Source of the DNA: the human T2T-CHM13v2.0 reference genome, Homo sapiens
Strand: one strand, 5' to 3'
Assembly: GCF_009914755.1 (NCBI RefSeq)
Contig: NC_060930.1
DNA length: 64,000 nucleotides
Under the pieces are notes generated by a model. The model did not search any database and was not told where the DNA came from. It worked only from the letters and a program-made list of their open reading frames with translations. The first letter of the stretch is position 1; each line of letters starts with the position of its first letter. Positions 54,301-64,000 of this stretch are shown here, piece by piece. The translations under genes and the position numbers were made by a program.

Positions 54301-54791
54301 AAAAGTATTCAAATAGTTTTCTTAAAACTTTTGGTGCACATAAATTAAAATTTGCATTTGCCGTGTAATGTTTGATAAATAAACTTAATATTTTAAGATA
54401 TATAATCTTTGAAAACATATATGACAACTAATTTTACTGTTTTATATTTACTTTAATTTACATTTTGTGGATACTTTTAATCCCTTAGCTCATTACTGTC
54501 AATACACAAAAATCATGTAAAACTTTTGATTATAGCAAAATAACTAGAGCTGAAATATTCTGGAAGAAGCAATTTATGCATTTATATTACTACTCACTGA
54601 ACATACCTGGCTTATCAAGATGGCATCCACATATGTGCATTAACAAACTCAGTAGTCTGACATCTTCTCAAATTTCAATTTATAAAAATAATAGCTTTGC
54701 ACAAATTCTTTTTTGAATAAGTATATTTGACAAGAGAATTGAACCAAATTTAATTGTCAGTTTAATAGCTTGGTTTATATCTTTTAAATAT

Positions 54792-54814
54792 TTAGACATA
54801 TGGCATATGTCTAA
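54792..54814. repeat. 23-bp perfect palindrome with 1-nt centre
   Basis: ttagacatatg-g-catatgtctaa. Confidence 0.95.
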
Positions 54815-55727
54815 CATACAATTTTATTCTTGTCTTCTCCTCTCAAATGTTGGGGTATGTTTGAAAATGTAAATGTTTACCACAGATGGATATTGAGTCA
54901 AATTAAGGCTGCCTCATGTAAGTGGAATGCTGATTTATATCATTACAATGCATACCACAGGAGCTAAAAAAATATTAAATCATGGAGAAAAATCACAATG
55001 CAGAATAATGATTTGTCCAATTTATTCACTGAGTACATGTTTTATGTCAACGATTTATAAACAATAGACTAGAATTTATTCCCAACTATCACAAATACTG
55101 TGGAAGATGATAAAATTGGCAGAGTTGGGGCTTAAGAACTATCTTTGCAGAAATTGTGTCTAAAAGTCTATTCTCAGTTAACCTCGGCTTGACTTCTAGA
55201 AATCTACACATACTTAGGGTTAGTCATTTGGTGAATAAAACATCTGTTGGTGTATTCAAACTTTGTAGGAGACACTTATTCTTCCACATTAATATCTATC
55301 TTAATCATGCACAGTGGTCTTTTCCTCAGCTATCTTTTTCATGGCAATTATAACACCCACGGTGCTAGGTTAACAGAAATGGAGAATTGAAGGACAGATT
55401 GGAAGAAGAGTCAAAAGAAAACATCATTAAACTTTAAGTTCATCACTACAGAATGACATTCTTAAGAAGATATCCCACCGTTTTCTAAAACAATGATTGT
55501 GTGTGCAAGACTTAACAATCCAACAGTGGATCTCAAAAGATATAAATTGATACAGGCACAACAACCTGACTTTGATCACTGTAAATAATTGCATTTTTTT
55601 TCAGAAATCAAGGATAAATTCCAATAAAAGTAGATTTTGAAAGCTATGTCTTAACATTTAATTATGAAAATACCTATAGGCTACTTAAAAGTAAGGGCAG
55701 TGATTACTCAACTATATGAAGGAACAG

Positions 55728-55730
<3 letters not shown>

Positions 55731-55764
<34 letters not shown>
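55731..55764. repeat. (CA)17 microsatellite
   Basis: Direct observation. Confidence 0.95.
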
Positions 55765-55767
<3 letters not shown>

Positions 55768-56195
55768 GGTGTATAGTTGGTTTTATAAAATTATAAGGAT
55801 TATTATTCAATCCAAAAAAAGTATTATTTTCCTCTGATATTTTAAAATCCTAGGTCAAAGTAAACTGTAATATTCCTCCAATTTCTTCTGGCCTCCCCTA
55901 TTTCAAAAAACCTTATGAAAATATCGGACAAGGTAGGAGGTTGATTGTTTTCTTTATTTGCCAACTCTGTGTGTTCCCTAATTCCCAGTGTGAATCTGTG
56001 ACAGTGGCTTGCCAGAAAGCATTCTATCACTTTGGCTAATAATCAGATTTTACTGATTTGCTCTTGGAAATAATAGGCAATAATGTGCAGTAAAAAAAGA
56101 TTTTATTTTACACATTTTGTAAAAATATGTAACTCCAATTGACTTTGAGGGAGACTTGAAAGAATAATGCCATATGTCCTTCCTGGAAATGTTAA

Positions 56196-56497
<302 letters not shown>

Positions 56498-56657
56498 TGA
56501 GGATGTACTTTATAGTTAGCAGAGAAATAAAGGTACTAGAAGCTCTTTATCATTATTATTATTACTATTATTTTATCATCATTATTTTTTAAGTACTCTT
56601 CAAATAACAGCAAATAATTTCCATAAGCAAAGTAAGTTTTTTCAATACTTACACATA

Positions 56658-56979
56658 CTTATTTATTTATTTAGTGACAGGGTCTCACTCTGTCACCCAG
56701 GCTGGAGTGCAGTGGCACCATTGTGGCTCATTGTAAGCTTGAAGTCCTGGGCTCAATGATCCTTCTGCCTCAGCCGCCTGTGTAGCTAGGACTACCAGTG
56801 AACATCACCATGCCTGCCAATTAAAACAAAAATTTTGTAGAGATGGGGGTGCTGTGTCTTGCTGTATTACCCAGGCTGGTCTCAAACTCCTGGCCTCAAG
56901 TGATCCTCTCACCTTGGCCTCCCAAAGTGCTAGGATTACAGGTGTGTTTTGGGCCTGTTTTGAGCCACCATCTCTAGCC
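56658..56979 (-). mobile_element. AluJ-type with short internal insertion
   Basis: (TTTA)n tail, gacagggtctcactctgtc, gtcctgggctcaa; TSD acacata(c/t)tt. Confidence 0.9.
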
Positions 56980-58299
56980 ACACATATTTAAATAAATGTT
57001 TAGGCCATAACTGATTCTTAAGCTTACTTTGAGAGTCAGAGTTATTGTAGTGTGCCACAATTAATATTACTATTAAAGTTTAGTTTTATGATGTATTCAA
57101 ATGTGAAGAAAGCTCTTTGGAAAAGATAAACAAAAAGAGAAACCTTTTACTTCACAGTATTAGCATTTTTTTCTTCAAATATTATAAATGACATCCAAAA
57201 TAAAACAGGGTTTTTCCCTGAATGTTTAATATTTGTTTAGGGTTTTCCTTCTGTTTTCTTTCTACAATAAACAGTATTGCAAATAAGTATGAAGATGGAA
57301 TGACAATATATTTTATACAGCAAGATGGCATGCAGAACTTTGCATGATAACACTGAGAAAATGTGCTTCTTTGGAATTATCTGAAACATGGTATGTTAGG
57401 ATAAGTTTTATATTTGCATTCACTTCTTTCTTCATATTCAAAGCCATTATCTAGCCATTTTCTGCTTATGTTGCATTGTATACTGCCTGCAATCAGGAAA
57501 TACTACTCTTTAACTATCACTTTGCAAACTTCATATACTTCTGTTTTTATTTCTTTTCATTTAAGATTCTCTTTGTTGTATTTCTGCATTTAACTCAACA
57601 TACTTAGTATAATATAAACATTGCATAGCCTGCAAACTACCTAGAACTAATGCGTCATATTTATATTAGTTCAGCACCGTAGTCTCATCCATACTTATTA
57701 AATGGTATGCTTTTCATAAAGAAATCATCATGTTTCTGGCTTTTATCACAAATTAGCCTCAAAATATAAGGAATACATCAAAAAACAATGCCATAAATCT
57801 ATAATTTTGCACTGATACTTAAAAGATTTTATGCCAATAATTCTATAGAGAAAGATAACATAATTTGGTTTACCTTCAGTGGAAATGCTGGGTGGAAGGA
57901 CTTCCATTAATTCAAGCTGCATCCAAAAATCAGAGGAAATGTTCATGGATTAAGTCCCCGGGGAACTACTATTGACAAATTTCAAAGTTCCATTGGCCTC
58001 TTTTTTTCCTTTGAACAATCCTTGAAATTGCTCACTACTCAAACCAGGGTCCGCTTCTACCAGCTCAGAACTTCCCAGAAGACATGGTTGGAGCAACCCT
58101 GCCCATGAGACTGAGTGGTCACTCCAGGGATATTGCCTTGACTTTTTGAAGTTTCTACGCAGTTCTATGTATTCTTTACATGCTTTGTATAAAATTAAAG
58201 ACTGGTTGCCCATAAAGCAAGAGTGTCTAGTGACTACAACAACTAAAAATGTTATCCAAAAAATAACAGAAGCGATCTGTTGCCTTGCTATTTAATGTA

Positions 58300-58450
58300 C
58301 AGTCCTCAGACCATCAACATCTTTGTCACACAGCACCTGTTACAAATGCAGAATCTCTGGATACACCAAGATATGGTGAATCAAAATCTGCATTTTAACA
58401 AGATTCCAAGATGATTTATATGCAGCTTAAAGTCTGAAAATCACAGATAT
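58300..58450. mobile_element. MER5A/B-like hAT MITE
   Basis: tgttacaaatgcagaatctc...tgaatcaaaatctgcattttaacaagattcc...aaagtctgaaaatcac. Confidence 0.7.
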
Positions 58451-60099
58451 AGAGCAGTTCGTCTCAAACTGTCTATGATTTTAAATGTATTTACTGCCTA
58501 TACTTTTATAAAATACAATACAAATAAATTATTAGAACGTTATTGAGAGAAATGAAGGCATAAAAACTATATATGTCATTTTTCTATTATTATAATCACA
58601 GACAAAATATCATTCTATCGAACTTATAAAGTGTTCTTACTTTTCACAGATGTGCAATATAAAAATTCTCACTTATTTTATTGATAATTGTTGTTTCATT
58701 ATGAAACATAAGAATGTATAGAAGATCTATTTTTTCTCACTTCCAACTTTTGTTTTTGCCTTTCAGTTTTATCTGTCACTGAAAAACAATGCATGCAAGT
58801 ATTAAAACATGCATGCATGCTTTAATATAAAAACAATGTATAAAATGCTCTAGTATAAAAACAATGCATGCAAGTATTTAAAAAAAATCAAACATACTAA
58901 AGAGACAAGAAAGACCAGCTGATCAATTCCCATCTTTAAGCGTTGGAACCAAACTGTTTCTTATCTTGTAGAAGCATGAAGACTGTGTTTCATAATTTAA
59001 ATATTCTTAAAAGAAATTTCACCTTCTTACATCATCTCATCTTCTCCCTGAAACATTCAATAGCAGTCGTTTATAATCAGCTTCCATGATATCTCATAAT
59101 AAAGAGAACAATTTCTAATTTAATGCATTAGAATTTACATAATTCACAATTTTTACTATTTTGCTAGGGGCACTGCTTAGTTCAACTGTGTTTTTACTTT
59201 AATAGCAAGGCTTACTTGATTGAGAGAAAAGTGAATTATTTGTCTTCTAGCCTAGCTCCTCAATCTGGATAACTACTTGGGAATATTGCTATATTCATCA
59301 GACTAAGAATACGAAAAGAACAGGTTACACTCACTTCAGACAATTTTATTACATGTAGGCAAACAGAATTTAAGAAAATGTATGGTGGGAAGATGTAAGT
59401 TAAAAGTAACCAGGGAAAAAAGTGGGCTCTTTTTATATTTGTCATTTTTATATGCTCTTCTTCACTCTATTCCTCACTGTCATAAACAATTAAAACCACT
59501 TGGTTGTTAGGCTGAATTCCAACTCTAACTCCCTTTTGTGAGCCTACTGACCCCGAGTAGCTACCTGTTTTACTGTGTTCTGACCCTCCTTTTAAAATTC
59601 ATTTTGTTTATGAATCCATTCACTCACTATGAAAATAATTTGATCACTCTGAAGTGTTATTGATTTGTTTTTACTTTGTGTCCTTTTTCATTTCATCACG
59701 GTAGGTAGCTGGATGTTATGCTTTCCAATTAAGTAATGTGTTTATCTGTGAAGTAATACTACTGAAAGGCACATCATACTTTTACCACAATATATTCCTG
59801 GAAGCCATGTTACAAAGCCGATTATCCTAAAATGGAATCTACATTTTCATAGAAATAATTTAATATCAGAAAACGCTGGGTTTGGTTTCTTTATATTTAT
59901 TTAGTTATGTTTTTACTAGCCCTAGCTCCTCAAAATAAGAGAAATAAAAAATAAAATTATCTTCCACTTTGTGGCCTAACTTTGGGCAAATAAGATTTTA
60001 GAAGTAACTTTTAGATTTGTTTCATTGATGAAAAAAGAAATTTAGTGCATAAAAATATTTTATTGACTTACATAATAGACTGACTGTAATTTATATGTT

Positions 60100-60247
60100 T
60101 TCCAAACATTTAAGGCTAATTCATTTGTTTTCTGATTTAGAATTTGGGCAGCTTTTGGACCTGTTTGGACCTGTTTATTTCTAAACATTTAAGGCTAATT
60201 CATTTGTTTTCCAATTTAGAATTTGGACAGCTTTTGGGCCTGTTTTG
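60100..60247. repeat. Imperfect tandem duplication, 79-bp period
   Basis: aaacatttaaggctaattcatttgttttc...cctgttt at 60104 and 60183; four substitutions in 63 bp. Confidence 0.95.
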
Positions 60248-61766
60248 GGTGTCCTTGCCAATTGAGATCATTGTGCAGGAAGAACTACAACTTTATATTT
60301 CCTCTCACAAATAATCTCAACAAAAGAAAAGACCTTCAAAATTATCCCATAGACCTTAGAATGTTTTCAAAGTTCTAAAATAAATAGTACTTATTATTGT
60401 TAAACCAGTTGATGCTTCTTAAAATGAAAAGTAAGCTTTTAAAGTAAGGAAGAACCCAATAATTTTCTCCATTTTCTTCTACTATCTCGGTTTATAGAAA
60501 ACTGGGTAAAGTTCTTCATCTGAAGTTTCCAGATATCTGCTTAATAGCCAACAGAAAACAATAAGTGCTGTTATTCTCTTCATTCTCCATTGTTATAAGG
60601 CCATTTTGAGACTTAGCTAAAAGTTGTCCTGACCTTAACACTTTATTAAAAAATAAAAGCTATGCAAACAAGTGCCCAATAACCCCACTATGTTTTCAAA
60701 TAGAAATCTCCAAATTGCACCAAAAGAATTGTGAAGCTTGGACTAAGCAGTACGAATGTGTGAGGTTTGGGAATGCCAAATAGCAAATAAAAGGCATTAG
60801 AACTTGTGGTGTGAATGTTAATTGGTCAGCAAGGAATAAGAGACATGGCCAAGTTTAAAGTTGTAAGAAATGACTGTAAGCAGCAATCCAGCAAAGTACT
60901 GAAAATCACAGGCTCCAAATTTACTATCTGTGGCCTCCGCTGCTTCTTCTACAGAACTGCTTCATTCAGATTCTCCAGCACAAGGATAGTATAAATCATA
61001 AAAGCCAACAATTACTTGTTTTGTTTCCAAATTGTTTCAATTCTTATGCAACAGCTACAGTTTGCTCAGTTTATTATTTAATTACGAAAACAATTCACAT
61101 TTCTTGAAAAGTATATCAATGGTTTGTATCAACATATATAATGAAAAATTTGTATCTCTGAATTTTTGCATTTGGCATTTATTACAGTTATTTTGTAATT
61201 TGGATTTCTCCCCTGAACCCTGGGCTTCTGAAGGTGGAGATCATGGCATGTTTTCCTGCCTGTGCCATCAGCATCCCCACCAGTGTCTACACAAATAAGA
61301 TGCTCAAAATGTATGTGGAGTTGTCTTCTTTTAAATCCATTCCACTCCACAGATACAAGACTTTCTCTTCCACAATTGCATACTCCCTCTTTTTTATTTT
61401 TCAGTGTTATTTCCTCCTCCACCCAGAAGGTTACATTGATGAAAGTTAAAAATAACAAAAACCTGCATGCTTTGTGTTTGCAAATATCCTCATGAATGGA
61501 GTTCACATCTTTGATCTATTTCTTTTCTTTGTTCACATCTGTTGTCCATTTTAATAAAGTCTCTTTCAGAGTTTGAACTGCAAGTTTGATTCACCACCAT
61601 GCTTTTGTCTAAAGGTCCCCAGCATGGGGCAGTGGGCACAGGGGGTTTTCATGGGAGAAGAAGGTAAATGAAGAGTAAACTTCAGGTGACCTTCTAAAGA
61701 ATGGATTTAATATTTCAACCATATTTTCCTTTAGAATAGGAGGATACTTTTGCAATAGGAATATCA

Positions 61767-62180
<414 letters not shown>

Positions 62181-64000
62181 TCCTAAGAAATCAGTCATGA
62201 TCAGATTGCAAAATGATTGCCAAAATTAGCTATTCACACTCAAATGTGACATTGATACCATACCAAATTGTGTGCATGGCATGTATTTGTGTTTGTATGT
62301 GTCTCTAAATCTTGAGATATGAAAAAAGAGGAATTAGTCAATAAGACATTTAGGTAAATAGTCTATTGGTAGTGTTACAAAGAAAATAGCCACTTAACCA
62401 GCTAAAACTTTTACTCCCCAAATAATTGTTAAAACATTACATAAACATCTCTTTAAAAGAGAGCCTGATTGTGTGGTTTTGAAAGCTTGAACTTGGTCCT
62501 CTCGGGCCCCAAGGTTACGGTTTATTCAGACAATTCTCTGTTGGTTGGAACTCTACCAGGCCCCTGGAGTTTTAATAGAATATATGTTTATGTAATTCTC
62601 CTTGATAATGTATTCTTATTATTTCCAAAACAAAAGGAAATGAACCCAGTAACCTTCACTGATTGCTGAGTTCATCATGCAACTCAGCATCATCGCTCAT
62701 TCATCAGTGAATAGTAACTCATTTGAATAGCATGTCAATCTCTTCCCTCAGTAACAAGAGATTGTTCTAGCTCTTGAAGTGCTGGTGAAAAACAGGATTG
62801 AAAAACAGGAAGGAAGAAGCAGAGATTTGTAAGTAAATTGAGAGGGCAAGTTAACAAGAGATTTCTCTGTAAGGTTTGTGTTTAGGGTTTATATCTGAAG
62901 AAATTGATAGGAAGAAGAATCACTGGTTGCTGTGGTCTCACCTCGCTGCCCATTGTCTTTGAAAGATATCCTAATGACATAAACAACATGATGTCTCTAA
63001 TATAGAGTAAAATGGGAAGACATCAAGTGCACTTCAGCATAAGAAGATAGAGAAATGAGGGCTCCTTAGTTTCTTTACCACTATGTCCTTTGACTGTTTG
63101 TCTTCTCAGACAAGGGCAAATTGACCTCTACCTATAGCACTTCTTGTTGATTCTAGTAGTTACCATGTCAAAGCGAAGAATTCTGGGTGAATTGGTAGAT
63201 TTTTCTGGATTTTCATTTCAAAAAAGGATTGTGGAAAATCTAAGTAAATATAAGCATTTCAGATTCAGATTTATCCATATGGTTGGGTAAAATGTGGTGC
63301 TAGTGTGAACTTGCAGGTTCATCCTGATTTGAACATAAATGCCTTTGCATGAATATAAATCCCTCTTACCTTGGCCAGCCGTCTCACAAATGTGTGCTAT
63401 CATTCATGGAACCTTTAGGCACATGTGTTGAGGAAAACTCATCTTTACTGTCAGAAAGTCAACTCAAGACACACATCCTATTTTAAAATATATATAAAAG
63501 ATCATATTATTTCAGGAAATTCATAACAAATAAAGTAAAGGCTCAGTTTAGATGTCACTTTTTATCACTAGCTTTCTATCACCCTAAAAATTGCATAAAA
63601 CTGTTTAGTTGCATCAGTGAAGTTGTAAACCTTAATATATCCAATTTGGTAGTAATACTATGCAATACACGTGTTTAGGTTTAAAGACATGTATGAAAAC
63701 TTCAAAGTACTTGGCTCTTGACTGATGAAGATTCCATGTCTTATTGATTTTGGTTACTAGAAAACTAGAGGATTTGTTATTTTCTATGAGCTAGTGGCAT
63801 TTGAGAAACATCTGTGTAAAAGACTTGGAAAATTTATATACACATGTGCATGAGGGCAACGTTATTGATCTCATATGAAGTGAGTTCTCCAGGTTGTTTT
63901 TTTTTTCCTGTGGATAAGTCATAACTCTCTCATTTGTTGCTTATAACATGATAGAGAACTAAAATCTGTGATGTTTGTTTTTAAAACCAGGTGGAAAAGT

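Noticed and set aside
57874-58213. 87-aa minus-strand ORF near a possible AAG|GTAAAC donor
   Set aside because: No recognisable homology, weak donor and no convincing acceptor.
62942-63370. Minus-strand donors GAG|GTGAGA and AAG|GTAAGA
   Set aside because: No strong matching acceptors; such donors are expected by chance in 64 kb.

Overview
Primate (human-like) non-coding genomic DNA. It is AT-rich and CpG-depleted, with no CpG island, no credible protein-coding exon and no structural RNA gene that I can recognise. I cannot name the locus. Much of the window is interspersed repeats, named from remembered consensus sequences and not from a database search: about 12 Alu elements or fragments (J, S and Y types, several with target-site duplications), L1PA8-like, L1PA3/4-like and L1MA/MB fragments, L2, MIR, ERV1 solo LTRs (two MER39-like, one MER34-like), ERVL/MaLR LTRs (LTR16, LTR33, LTR41-like, MLT1A/E/J, MST) and DNA-transposon MITEs (MER63, MER33, MER20 x2, MER30, MER58A, MER94, MER2, MER5). 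It also holds microsatellites and a 1.2 kb AT-only array. The supplied ORFs are explained by chance, Alu, L1 ORF2 remnants or low complexity. I find no support for a new multi-gene biological system. The best leads are small-scale: an ~87-nt pre-miRNA-like hairpin inside a candidate + strand exon (16.9 kb), other candidate non-coding exons, an NF-kB/AP-1/RUNX/FOX motif cluster (30.4 kb), perfect inverted repeats (32.6 and 54.8 kb), template-switch-like duplications (28.9 and 60.1 kb), a 16-bp insertion in an Alu that is identical to sequence 3.3 kb away, a close inverted Alu pair and a cluster of MER34/39 LTRs.
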